A stretch of DNA of 52,934 nt from Candidatus Pacearchaeota archaeon (GTDB taxonomy: Archaea; Nanobdellota; Nanobdellia; Pacearchaeales; GW2011-AR1): assembly GCA_017609795.1 (NCBI GenBank), contig JAFCDH010000001.1, positions 1-52,934 of the forward strand. The letters run 5' to 3'. Positions 1 to 8,194 of this stretch are shown here, piece after piece (the stretch's first letter is position 1; each line of letters begins with the position of its first letter). Under the pieces are notes generated by a model. It worked only from the letters and a program-made list of their open reading frames with translations, was not told the origin of the DNA and did not search any database. A program made the translations under genes and the position numbers.

Positions 1-93
1 CTTAAGTGCTACTCTTTCTTGTTATATGTGGGGTATTTTAGCATTAATTATGGAAATGTATACACATATCTTAGAAAAGTTAGAGAGGAAAAA

Positions 94-303
94 ATGAAAA
101 AAAAGAATAAAATAACAATGAAAGAATTAAATAAACAAGAAAGAGAAATTAAAAAAAGAATTAAAAAAATAGATAAAAAATTAAAACAAAGAGAGAGAAA
201 AGAATTTAATTTAAAAAATCTAAAAACCACACAAAAATTAGCCCCATACCAAATATTTGATAATGATAAACTTGCACAGAAAATTAAGGGGATGTTAAGA
301 TGA
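94..303 (+). CDS. hypothetical Lys-rich coiled-coil protein
   Basis: Track ORF 19..303 starts at TTG; first in-frame ATG at 94 follows GAGAGG; stop overlaps next start (ATGA). Confidence 0.45.
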   Translation: MKKKNKITMKELNKQEREIKKRIKKIDKKLKQRERKEFNLKNLKTTQKLAPYQIFDNDKLAQKIKGMLR

Positions 304-527
304 ATAAAATAATAAAAATAATTGCTTGGACAATATTAATAGCTATAATTTGTTTAATTATTTATGGATTTACTTTAAGAATGATTAGTGGGAATATTTG
401 TAAAAAAGAATGTAGAGAAAGAGGAACTTTTGCTTATAAAGTTTTTCCAAATTCAGAATTAAATTTAAGAGATATTTGTATGTGCGTTTATCCTGATAAC
501 AAATTTGAGAGTTTTATAATAAAATGA
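300..527 (+). CDS. small membrane protein (N-terminal TM helix, Cys-containing tail)
   Basis: Track ORF; hydrophobic IIAWTILIAIICLIIYGF segment; ATGA coupling on both sides. Confidence 0.55.
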   Translation: MNKIIKIIAWTILIAIICLIIYGFTLRMISGNICKKECRERGTFAYKVFPNSELNLRDICMCVYPDNKFESFIIK

Positions 528-712
528 AAAGAGAATATTTTATAAGTTTTATTAGCACTAAAGATGAAAAATTTAGATATAGTCATAGAGTTATAATTGT
601 AAAAGATGGAAATTTTAATATTAATAAAGTTATAAAATTCTTAGAAGAAGCAGATAAATGTAAAGACATTGTTATATTAAACTTTAAAGAATTAAAATCT
701 TATGAAAAATGA
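524..712 (+). CDS. hypothetical protein
   Basis: Track ORF, start/stop overlaps with neighbours. Confidence 0.5.
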   Translation: MKREYFISFISTKDEKFRYSHRVIIVKDGNFNINKVIKFLEEADKCKDIVILNFKELKSYEK

Positions 713-1065
713 TAGATAAAGAAAAAAAACTTATAGATTGGAATAATTTTTTAAAAGAGAAATTTAAAATCCCAGAAAGATTTGAATTAGTAGATAAAGA
801 CAAACCTAAAGATAAAGGAAATCCTTATATGAAATTTATTTTAATATTCTTAGGAATTTTAGCCGTTGCTGGTTCTCTGGCCTATAATGGTTCTCAGGGA
901 AATTATAAAAGTGATATCGATTGTGGGAATAATACAATGATTTGTGAAGCAGATACATTAAATTGTGATTGTGAGAAATGTCCTGATAATAATTGTAATT
1001 GCGATTGTCCTGACTTTCCTTCAGATTTAGATATTGATTTAAATATTGTTAATGAAACAGAATAA
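709..1065 (+). CDS. membrane-anchored Cys-rich protein
   Basis: Central TM helix (FILIFLGILAVAGSLA) then CDCEKCPDNNCNCDCPDF cysteine cluster. Confidence 0.55.
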   Translation: MIDKEKKLIDWNNFLKEKFKIPERFELVDKDKPKDKGNPYMKFILIFLGILAVAGSLAYNGSQGNYKSDIDCGNNTMICEADTLNCDCEKCPDNNCNCDCPDFPSDLDIDLNIVNETE

Positions 1066-1067
1066 AA

Positions 1068-1268
1068 ATGACAACTAAAAAAGAAATAGATTATGAAAGA
1101 AAAGCAAAATTAGAAGTAGAAAAAATTAGGCACGAAAATCGTATGACTGAAATAGAAGAAGAAAGAAAAGCAAAAATACAGGTTGAAAATAAGAAATTTG
1201 ATAATCAAAAACAAATTCAAAGAATTAGAAATGCTGATATACAAAGGGCGCAATTAAGGAAATATTAA
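1068..1268 (+). CDS. hypothetical charged coiled-coil protein
   Basis: Track ORF; K/E/R-rich heptad-like sequence. Confidence 0.5.
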   Translation: MTTKKEIDYERKAKLEVEKIRHENRMTEIEEERKAKIQVENKKFDNQKQIQRIRNADIQRAQLRKY

Positions 1269-1270
1269 AA

Positions 1271-1408
1271 ATGAAATCTTACTGGGAAAGAAGAAGAGAA
1301 GAAAGAGAAAATAAGAAACAAATCACAAAAGAACAAGTAGAACAAGCTGAAAAAGATTTTGCTGAAAAATTAAATAAAAAAGCAAAAGGAATAAATGACA
1401 AGAGATAA
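1271..1408 (+). CDS. small basic ORF (45 aa)
   Basis: Hand-translated; ATG 2 nt after the previous stop; below the track size cutoff. Confidence 0.35.
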   Translation: MKSYWERRREERENKKQITKEQVEQAEKDFAEKLNKKAKGINDKR

Positions 1409-1415
1409 TTTGAAG

Positions 1416-1565
1416 ATGAAAAAGAAAAAAGAAGAAAGCTGGACTGATTATCCTAAATATAAAAATAAAAATGTTTTTGACAGAATTGCAGATAAATTTC
1501 ATGGAAAAGAATTTTTGATAGCATTTTGTTTAGTTTTAGGTTTTTATATATCAATAAAATTTTGA
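1416..1565 (+). CDS. small tail-anchored ORF (49 aa)
   Basis: Hand-translated; C-terminal hydrophobic FLIAFCLVLGFYISI; fills the gap before ATG 1568. Confidence 0.35.
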   Translation: MKKKKEESWTDYPKYKNKNVFDRIADKFHGKEFLIAFCLVLGFYISIKF

Positions 1566-1567
1566 AA

Positions 1568-2158
1568 ATGGAAGTAAAAAGTCAAACACAACAAATTGAA
1601 ACTTATGAAATGGTAGGGGATATAAAAAAATATAAAACTTCTGCAAAGACTATTAAAGGAATTGTTTTGGGTTTAATTCAAAAATTTAGAAATGATGCAA
1701 AAAAAGGAAAAATCTATTCTCCAACAGAATTAGAATGGGTTTTTTCAGAATCATTAAGAAGATTTAATGAATATTATCCTAATAAAATAGTAAAAAATGA
1801 AATCACAATTTTAGATGGTTGGAAAGGAAAAGATGTTAAAGAAGTTTATAAGGGATTTGATAAAGATTTTACAATAATACAACATGTTAAAGACAAAGAA
1901 ACTGGAGAAATCACTGAATTCCCTCATACTGTAAAAAAAGAGGATTTCAATAGAATACTATTCATAATTAAAAAACTGCCCTTAAATGAGCCCGTATCGT
2001 GTTATTTGATAGCTAAAAAATTAGGGTATGGTGAATGGAAGAACTTGTGGAAAGAAAGAAAAGAATATTTTAAATTTTACTACTTTCCTATTAAAGTATG
2101 TGAAGCATTAAAAATAATTAACTATTCTGGAAAAGGGACAATAATCAGAAAGGTTTAA
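1568..2158 (+). CDS. hypothetical protein
   Basis: Track ORF 1526..2158; in-frame ATG at 1568 directly follows the stop of the 1416..1565 ORF. Confidence 0.6.
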   Translation: MEVKSQTQQIETYEMVGDIKKYKTSAKTIKGIVLGLIQKFRNDAKKGKIYSPTELEWVFSESLRRFNEYYPNKIVKNEITILDGWKGKDVKEVYKGFDKDFTIIQHVKDKETGEITEFPHTVKKEDFNRILFIIKKLPLNEPVSCYLIAKKLGYGEWKNLWKERKEYFKFYYFPIKVCEALKIINYSGKGTIIRKV

Positions 2159-2180
2159 ATAGTATGTTACATTAGTTTAT

Positions 2181-2318
2181 ATGAGGTTACAAATGGTATG
2201 TAAGCACAATTGGAAAAGAATTTATTTTAGAAAAAAAGTTGGAAATAATAGAAAATGGGTAACAATACCTAATAAGTTTATTTGTGATAAATGTTTGGAA
2301 ATAAGGGAGTTAAAATAA
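2181..2318 (+). CDS. small Cys/His ORF (45 aa)
   Basis: Hand-translated MRLQMVCKHNW...ICDKCLEIRELK. Confidence 0.3.
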   Translation: MRLQMVCKHNWKRIYFRKKVGNNRKWVTIPNKFICDKCLEIRELK

Positions 2319-2322
2319 CAAA

Positions 2323-3045
2323 ATGCCATATAAAGATTATCAAAAAAGATTAGAATATCATAGAAAATATTATCAGGAGAATAAAGATAAATGGAAAAAG
2401 GAAAATTTTTGTGTAGATTGTAAAAAAAATATTTGGGATAATCATTTAAGGTGTATTTCTTGTGAGATTAAAAGAAGATGGAAAAAGGGAATTATTGATA
2501 TTGATAAAATGAGAATTTTAGCTAAACAAACACATACAGGAAAAATAGTCTCACAAGAAACAAGAGATAAGATTAGTAAGACACAAAAAGGAATGAAAAA
2601 GCCATGGGTTATTGAAAGAAATAAGTTTTATAATAAAATAGATAATACCTTTAGAAGATTAAGAAATACCGAAGAATTTAAAAAGAAGATGTTTAAAGGA
2701 ATGTGTAAAAAACCAACAAAACCAGAATTCTTTGTAATCGATTTGATAAAAGAAAAAAATCTTCCCTTTGAGTATGTTGGGGATGGGAAGGTTATTATAT
2801 CTAAATTAAACCCAAATTTTATATCTACAAATGGAAAGAAAAAAATTATTGAGGTTTTTGGAAGGTTTTGGCATGAAACATATCATAATGTTGATTATAC
2901 GAGAACAGAAAAAGGTAGAAGGGAATTTTTAAAAAGATTGGGATATGAATTACTTGTTTTATGGGATGATGAGTTAAATAAACAAAATAAAGAAAGAGTA
3001 TATAATAAAATTAATAATTTTGAAGTTCAAGGAGAATTTGAATAA
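2323..3045 (+). CDS. homing-type endonuclease: zinc ribbon + NUMOD3-like motif + Vsr/DUF559-like PD-(D/E)xK domain
   Basis: CVDCKK..CISCE; SQETRDKISKTQKG; C-terminal LPFEYVG..NPNF..IIEVFGRFWH..LLVLWDDE resembles Vsr-type nuclease core; paralog of 29157..29966. Confidence 0.7.
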   Translation: MPYKDYQKRLEYHRKYYQENKDKWKKENFCVDCKKNIWDNHLRCISCEIKRRWKKGIIDIDKMRILAKQTHTGKIVSQETRDKISKTQKGMKKPWVIERNKFYNKIDNTFRRLRNTEEFKKKMFKGMCKKPTKPEFFVIDLIKEKNLPFEYVGDGKVIISKLNPNFISTNGKKKIIEVFGRFWHETYHNVDYTRTEKGRREFLKRLGYELLVLWDDELNKQNKERVYNKINNFEVQGEFE

Positions 3046-3050
3046 ATGAT

Positions 3051-3494
3051 ATGGAAAATAATGTTAATAATCAATATAATAATACTGGTTTGGATAATAA
3101 AAATATGGGCAGAAAAATATTTAAAATGAATAATAAACTTTTATATTTTGTAATAATAATCTTAGTCTTAGTTGTAGTTGGAATGTTTTATAATTATTCA
3201 ATCAAACCAAAACAAGAAGAAAAAGTAAAAGATAAAGGAAAAATGGAATTAATTGACTCTATACTTCAAGAAGGAATACCGACAGGATATATATTTTGTC
3301 CTGATGTTAATTGGACTCAAATAGAAAATCTTAATAATACAGAAATTTTTAATACATATAAACAACTTTGTGCAACAGACGAAGATGTTTTTATAATAAG
3401 AAGTAATTTAGAAAATCTTTGTCAATCTGAATATCAAAGAGGATTAGGAGATGGGCAACAGCAAGGATATAATGTTGGTAAATCAGAATGTTAA
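3051..3494 (+). CDS. single-pass membrane protein
   Basis: TM helix LLYFVIIILVLVVVGMF, Cys-containing ectodomain. Confidence 0.55.
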   Translation: MENNVNNQYNNTGLDNKNMGRKIFKMNNKLLYFVIIILVLVVVGMFYNYSIKPKQEEKVKDKGKMELIDSILQEGIPTGYIFCPDVNWTQIENLNNTEIFNTYKQLCATDEDVFIIRSNLENLCQSEYQRGLGDGQQQGYNVGKSEC

Positions 3495-3575
3495 ATAATT
3501 TCAGGGGATAGAAATGGTTAAAGAAGATAAATTTGAAAAGGGGATTAAAATGAGGTGTGTCGTATAAGTTACAAA

Positions 3576-3770
3576 ATGGGAAATGAAATAATACATTATA
3601 TAAAGAAGCACAATAATAGATTAGTCTATATTTGTAATTGGGCTTGTGGAATAACTAAAGGGAAATTTACAGCTATGAAAGGAAAAGTAACTTGCAAAAA
3701 TTGTAAAAGAATACTTTATAAGGAGGTTAATAATAATGGGAAAACAACCAAAAAAAAGAAAACTAAGTGA
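3576..3770 (+). CDS. zinc-ribbon-like small protein
   Basis: Track ORF 3555..3770 starts at GTG inside a repeat; in-frame ATG at 3576; CNWACG...CKNCKR. Confidence 0.5.
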   Translation: MGNEIIHYIKKHNNRLVYICNWACGITKGKFTAMKGKVTCKNCKRILYKEVNNNGKTTKKKKTK

Positions 3771-4062
3771 AACAAGATTAATTGGTGGAGAAACAAGGGC
3801 TTTAGCAAATAAACTTCATAGAGATGAACATATAATTGTAGATAAACATTTACCAACCCATACAGCAGAATATTATTATCACATGGCTTGTTGGATTTAT
3901 GGAAATTTATTTGATGAGTTACAAGAGATTAAAGATTTAATAAAAAAGAAAAGAAAGAAGAGAAAACCATCAGAATATAATTTATTTGTTTCAGAAAAGA
4001 TGAAAGAAGGAATGACTTTAAAAGAAGCAGTTGCAGAATATAAAACTTCGTATAACAAATAA
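3736..4062 (+). CDS. basic protein with HMG/YABBY-like C-terminal motif
   Basis: AAGGAGGT RBS upstream; KRKPSEYNLFVSEKMKEGMTLKEAVAEYK; paralog of 5025..5264. Confidence 0.55.
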   Translation: MGKQPKKRKLSETRLIGGETRALANKLHRDEHIIVDKHLPTHTAEYYYHMACWIYGNLFDELQEIKDLIKKKRKKRKPSEYNLFVSEKMKEGMTLKEAVAEYKTSYNK

Positions 4063-4114
4063 AAACTGCAATGGAGATTATCAAAGAAAGAGCAGGAAAG
4101 GAGTTGATTTAATC

Positions 4115-4573
4115 ATGGTAAAAAAAGAAACATACGAAGAATGTTATAATAGGATTTACAAAATGATGCACCCTATTGGAATGAAAGATGGAAGAGAGTT
4201 ATCTAAATTAGTAAAAAAGAAAGGTAATTTTGTATTTCCACTTTATAGAAGTGTTTTAGTTGTAACCCCACTTAAAGGAGGACAAATTATGTTAGATTTT
4301 TTCCATGACCCTGCTTGGCTTGGAAATGAGAGAACTAAAAAAACAATTAAAAAATTTAAAGATGGAAAATCAATCCTATTGCAAGGACAAAGAAGTGGAG
4401 TAGATGTTTGGTATGGATTTGAAAGCAGAGATATTGCTATGAAAATATCAGATTTATTTTTTGAGGAATTAGAGGGAGTTGTAAAGAAACATCAGAAACG
4501 GATGGAAGATAGTTGGGATAAAGCAGTAAGGAAACAAAATAAAAGGAGAAAACAATATGATAAAAGTAAATAA
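4115..4573 (+). CDS. hypothetical protein
   Basis: Track ORF 4031..4573 (TTG); ATG 4115 follows GGAAAGGAG. Confidence 0.55.
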   Translation: MVKKETYEECYNRIYKMMHPIGMKDGRELSKLVKKKGNFVFPLYRSVLVVTPLKGGQIMLDFFHDPAWLGNERTKKTIKKFKDGKSILLQGQRSGVDVWYGFESRDIAMKISDLFFEELEGVVKKHQKRMEDSWDKAVRKQNKRRKQYDKSK

Positions 4574-4611
4574 AGATTTAATACAAGGGAGGAAAAAAGA
4601 TTAAATGAAAG

Positions 4612-4701
4612 ATGAAATTTGAAACTAAATTAAATATAATATTTGGAATAACTGCAATAGTGATGGTTTGGGCATCTTGGTATGTAAGTTCATTTATGTA
4701 A
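4612..4701 (+). CDS. 29-aa hydrophobic peptide
   Basis: Hand-translated MKFETKLNIIFGITAIVMVWASWYVSSFM; stop abuts ATG 4703. Confidence 0.25.
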   Translation: MKFETKLNIIFGITAIVMVWASWYVSSFM

Positions 4702-4702
4702 A

Positions 4703-4987
4703 ATGGGAATAAATGAAAAAATTGATGCACTGAAAAAGAAAACAAGAGAATATGAAGATGAATTGAAAGATTTAATAGAAAGTGATACATTTAAGATTTC
4801 AACAAATACTGCATTTTTACAAAATATAAAATTACAAGAAAAGTTTGAGGGATTTGGATTTTTTCCAGATTGGCTTAAATTAAAACATCAACAAATGTGG
4901 GATAAACAAACTGATGGAGATGTTGAAATTACTTTTAAAATTAAAATTCAAAAAGAAAAGGGGATTAAAATGAGGTGTGTCGTATAA
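4703..4987 (+). CDS. hypothetical protein
   Basis: Track ORF; its last 11 codons lie in the 41-nt repeat also found at 3535-3575. Confidence 0.5.
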   Translation: MGINEKIDALKKKTREYEDELKDLIESDTFKISTNTAFLQNIKLQEKFEGFGFFPDWLKLKHQQMWDKQTDGDVEITFKIKIQKEKGIKMRCVV

Positions 4988-5024
4988 GTTACAAATTACG
5001 AACTAAATACAATGGAGGTTAAAC

Positions 5025-5264
5025 ATGAAACGATTTGATTTAAAAGAAACAATAAGAAGATTAAGTGAGTTAGAATTAGAATCACAAAGAAAGGAATACT
5101 TTGGAGATGCAACTGAATATGCTTTTAGAAGGCATGTTTTAATATTACTCAATGGGTTAAAAAGAAAGCCAAGAACAATGTCTAAGTATAATTTACATGT
5201 ATCTAAAGAAATGAAGGCAGGAAAAACAATGGAAGAAGCTGTTAAAACTTGGAGGAAAAAATAA
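5025..5264 (+). CDS. basic protein with HMG/YABBY-like C-terminal motif (paralog of 3736..4062)
   Basis: GGAGGT RBS; KRKPRTMSKYNLHVSKEMKAGKTMEEAVKTW. Confidence 0.55.
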   Translation: MKRFDLKETIRRLSELELESQRKEYFGDATEYAFRRHVLILLNGLKRKPRTMSKYNLHVSKEMKAGKTMEEAVKTWRKK

Positions 5265-5282
5265 CTTCGCTTATCATAAAAA

Positions 5283-5432
5283 ATGGGAAATAAAAAACAA
5301 AAGAAATATGATTCAGGAAAAGAGTTTTTATTAATTAATAAGATTGATGATATTTGTGAATTTGAAATACCTGATTATTATAAGATTATTTTGATACTAA
5401 AAATAATAAGAAATTGGAGGGATGAATTTTAG
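5283..5432 (+). CDS. small ORF (49 aa)
   Basis: Hand-translated, frame and stop verified. Confidence 0.3.
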   Translation: MGNKKQKKYDSGKEFLLINKIDDICEFEIPDYYKIILILKIIRNWRDEF

Positions 5433-5473
5433 AGGGAAGAGATACATTTGGAAATTAATTGAAATCAAAGAAA

Positions 5474-5653
5474 ATGGAAAAAGAATTTAATTTAAGTGAG
5501 AAAATATTTGGAATTAGACAAGGATTTGTAGCTTATGAAGAAGAAATTAAAGAATTTATTAAGAGAGTGAAGATTGAATTTTATAGACCCTCAACTAATT
5601 GGGATAACTTTGAAGAGATAATAGACAAACTAGCAGGAGATAAATTAACATGA
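5474..5653 (+). CDS. hypothetical protein
   Basis: Track ORF 5459..5653 (TTG); in-frame ATG at 5474; stop overlaps next start. Confidence 0.45.
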   Translation: MEKEFNLSEKIFGIRQGFVAYEEEIKEFIKRVKIEFYRPSTNWDNFEEIIDKLAGDKLT

Positions 5654-6084
5654 AAACAATAAATTGGAATTTTAAATTGAAGAATTGTATTATTTGTAAT
5701 AATATTTTTAAACCAACTAATGGAAAACAAATAACTTGTTGTAAGGAATGTGAGGAAAAAAGAAAACTAAATTATAATAAGAAATATAACAAAAATAATC
5801 CTGAAATTGTTGCTAAATCTGTTAGAGAACATTATCAAAGAAATAAAAAAAAGAAATGTGAATATCAAATAAAATATAATCAAAATCATAAAGATGTTAT
5901 TAAATTAAGAAATGATACAAGAGAATATATTAGGAAAAATAAGATAAATTTTGTTGGTCTTTGTTTAGATTGTGGGAGATTATGTAAAAGAGAAATACAT
6001 CATATAACTCCAACCATTCAAGGATTTATTTTAATCTGTCAAGATTGCCATTACAAAAGACATAATAAAAGGAGTAGAAGATGA
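5650..6084 (+). CDS. HNH endonuclease with N-terminal zinc ribbon
   Basis: CIICNN..CCKECEE; C-terminal CLDCGR..EIHHITP..CQDCHYKRHNK. Confidence 0.6.
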   Translation: MKTINWNFKLKNCIICNNIFKPTNGKQITCCKECEEKRKLNYNKKYNKNNPEIVAKSVREHYQRNKKKKCEYQIKYNQNHKDVIKLRNDTREYIRKNKINFVGLCLDCGRLCKREIHHITPTIQGFILICQDCHYKRHNKRSRR

Positions 6085-6153
6085 GTTTTAAATCAATAAA
6101 AGAACTAAAAGCAAGGATTGAGGGAACTTCTGAAAATTAGGTAAATAACTGAA

Positions 6154-6375
6154 ATGGTATACAAAATTAAAGAAGTAAAAAATATGTATCAGTTCGTTGG
6201 AACAAGAGAAGTAGAATTACAAGAATATGATTTTGGAATAGTTTTTCCAGAGTTTTGTTTTGTTTGGAAGGATGGAAAAAAGATAAATAAGAAAATAATA
6301 AGGGAGTTATTGAAAATGAAAGATGAAGTAGAATTAGAAGATAAGAAAAGATTAAAGGAGAAGTCAAATGGTTAA
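6154..6375 (+). CDS. hypothetical protein
   Basis: Track ORF; ends KEKSNG inside a 17-nt junction repeat. Confidence 0.5.
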   Translation: MVYKIKEVKNMYQFVGTREVELQEYDFGIVFPEFCFVWKDGKKINKKIIRELLKMKDEVELEDKKRLKEKSNG

Positions 6376-6571
6376 AAACAATAAAGGTTGTGGAAGAATG
6401 TTAGCAATATCAGAAGATAGAGATTGTGGGGCATTTTGTCCTTTTTGTAAAGAAATTCATTATTGTGTTCTTTGTGGAGGGGGATATGAATTACATAGAA
6501 TTGCACTAAATATGATGGCTAAAGAAATGAAGAAGAAGAAAACTTCCCAAAAACAGAGGAAAATGAAATGA
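6368..6571 (+). CDS. Cys-rich zinc-binding small protein
   Basis: CGRM..CGAFCPFCKE..CVLCGG; ends SQKQRKMK, as does 8187..8378. Confidence 0.5.
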   Translation: MVKNNKGCGRMLAISEDRDCGAFCPFCKEIHYCVLCGGGYELHRIALNMMAKEMKKKKTSQKQRKMK

Positions 6572-6723
6572 CAATTAAAAACTTAGAACAAATGAGCAAA
6601 AGAATATGTAAAGGATGTAAAAAAGAAATAAGAATTGTAATAATTGAAAACCATAAAGCACCTTTACAAATATATCCAAAAGAAAGATTAAATTATTGTG
6701 ATGAATGTTGGGAGAAAAGATGA
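6568..6723 (+). CDS. zinc-ribbon ORF (51 aa)
   Basis: Hand-translated; CKGC...CDEC; ATGA coupling at both ends. Confidence 0.4.
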   Translation: MTIKNLEQMSKRICKGCKKEIRIVIIENHKAPLQIYPKERLNYCDECWEKR

Positions 6724-6854
6724 ACAAACATTGCATAAGGTGTGGAAGAAAATGTAAATCACAAATGGAAGAAGATGCTGAGCTTTGTGAATATCATTTG
6801 AGAAATAAATTAATAGATGATGTTAATAATGCAATATCAAGAATTTCAATATGA
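6720..6854 (+). CDS. Cys-rich ORF (44 aa)
   Basis: Hand-translated; CIRCGRKC...C..H. Confidence 0.35.
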   Translation: MNKHCIRCGRKCKSQMEEDAELCEYHLRNKLIDDVNNAISRISI

Positions 6855-6926
6855 ATAACAAAAACAAATAAACTATGACAAAAACTAAAACTTTAAATAA
6901 AAATTTAGGGCTTATTTGCCCTGTAT

Positions 6927-7000
6927 GGCAGAGGGCCTGGAAACCTACCAGTGAGCCCGCGGGTGTAAACTGGGAAGCAGGTTCGAATCCTGCCTCTGCT
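6927..7000 (+). tRNA. tRNA-like element (non-canonical; tRNA gene, tRNA-derived att fragment or TLS)
   Basis: 7-bp acceptor pairing GGCAGAG/CTCTGCT; perfect T-arm GCAGG-TTCGAAT-CCTGC (6977-6993). D arm and anticodon arm do not fold canonically: CCAGT/ACTGG stem with a 16-nt loop. Confidence 0.4.
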
Positions 7001-7026
7001 AATTGTGAGTAAACACAATAATAAAT

Positions 7027-7116
7027 CCAGTGTGAGTCTGTGCAAGCTCAGACACTCAGGAAAGACTGGGATTGAGGGGAGTGATTAGATATTAACTGTA
7101 TATGGATGCTCCCCTC
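7027..7116 (+). ncRNA. GC-rich structured RNA hairpins downstream of the tRNA-like element
   Basis: CCAGT(7027)-TGA-GTCTG-loop-CAGAC-TCA-ACTGG(7069) hairpin; GAGGGGAG(7074-7081)/CTCCCCTC(7109-7116) 8-bp stem; no ORF. Confidence 0.3.
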
Positions 7117-7132
7117 ATTAAATTCAAATAAA

Positions 7133-7279
7133 ATGGGAACTTTAAAAGAACAAATTGAAGAAGAAATAAAATTCTTATGGGCAATAAGACAAATTTGTTT
7201 CAATAAAAGAATTTTAAAGAAAATACAATTTAGAGAGAAGATACTAAAAAATAAATTAAAGGAGTGTAGTTTAAAATAA
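7133..7279 (+). CDS. small ORF (48 aa)
   Basis: Hand-translated; stop 2 nt before ATG 7282. Confidence 0.35.
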   Translation: MGTLKEQIEEEIKFLWAIRQICFNKRILKKIQFREKILKNKLKECSLK

Positions 7280-7281
7280 AA

Positions 7282-7560
7282 ATGGGAAATGGTTTATTTA
7301 TAACAGATAAGGAAGCAATTAGAATTATCAGAAAAGAGAATAGAGAATTAGAAAGTGAAGTTATTAAATTAAAAAAGGAAATTAAGAATTTAAAGAAAAC
7401 AAGTGTTTATTGTGAAACTTGTAAAAAACATATTGGATTTTATTTAAAAAAAGGAGGATATGAACTTTTGAATGGGGTAATTCAGCATGGACAAGGAAAA
7501 GGAAAAAAAGAATTATTAAGTTTTTGTTCAAGAAAATGTGAGGAGGAAAATAAAAAATGA
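7282..7560 (+). CDS. coiled-coil + zinc-ribbon protein
   Basis: CETCKK...CSRKCEE. Confidence 0.55.
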   Translation: MGNGLFITDKEAIRIIRKENRELESEVIKLKKEIKNLKKTSVYCETCKKHIGFYLKKGGYELLNGVIQHGQGKGKKELLSFCSRKCEEENKK

Positions 7561-7703
7561 TAGAAATTAGTTTTAATAATGTTGGAATGATTATCTTTAG
7601 TTGTAATCATGTTAAAGGATATAATAAAGGTAATGGAAAAAGATTATGTTCAAAATGTAGAAAGAAGATTATTAATAAATTAAATAGTTCGCTTTGTAGG
7701 TAA
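7557..7703 (+). CDS. Cys-containing ORF (48 aa)
   Basis: Hand-translated; ATGA overlap with the previous gene. Confidence 0.35.
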   Translation: MIEISFNNVGMIIFSCNHVKGYNKGNGKRLCSKCRKKIINKLNSSLCR

Positions 7704-7705
7704 AT

Positions 7706-8194
7706 ATGGGAAATAATGAAGATAAATGTTGTAGATGTAAGGAAAAAAGTTTAATGCAAGTGATGTTGCCAATAGCAGAAGTTACTGAAACTGGTAGGGT
7801 TGTTTTCCCACAAGAAACAGAACAACAATCAGTTCAAATACCAGTTCCTTTATGTTTTAAATGTATGCAATTTGCAAGTGAAGGTTGGATTAATTTAATG
7901 AAAGTTCCTAATAAAGAGAAATATCAATTAATAGAATGTTGTGATAGGAATAGTGATTTTTCTTTAAGAAAAATTGAGGAAAGATATAAAAGTGGGGAAT
8001 TGAAAAAAGACATAAAAGAAACTTTAGAAAAGTTGGGAAAAACAAAAGAACAAATTAAAAAACAGAAGATGAAAAATACTCCTTTTAGGATTTCAATAAT
8101 TGTTGATGAGATTATGGATAATTTTAAAGATTTTGAGAAAAAGGTTAAGGAAAAGAGTTCCGAAAACATAGGAAAGGAGAAGTCAAATGGATAA
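7706..8194 (+). CDS. hypothetical Cys-cluster protein
   Basis: CCRCKE...CFKC; ends KEKSNG in the junction repeat. Confidence 0.55.
   Translation: MGNNEDKCCRCKEKSLMQVMLPIAEVTETGRVVFPQETEQQSVQIPVPLCFKCMQFASEGWINLMKVPNKEKYQLIECCDRNSDFSLRKIEERYKSGELKKDIKETLEKLGKTKEQIKKQKMKNTPFRISIIVDEIMDNFKDFEKKVKEKSSENIGKEKSNG

Noticed and set aside
1-10. CTTAAGTGCT at the window start resembles the ORB core CTTAAGTGTT
   Set aside because: It is a single 8/10 match at an arbitrary window edge, and such a match is expected by chance in AT-rich DNA.
6927-7000. Calling this a bona fide tRNA with an assigned anticodon
   Set aside because: Only the acceptor and T arms fold. There is no G18G19 D-loop, no 7-nt anticodon loop and a 3-nt variable region. 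I cannot name an isotype by eye, so I kept it as tRNA-like at low confidence.
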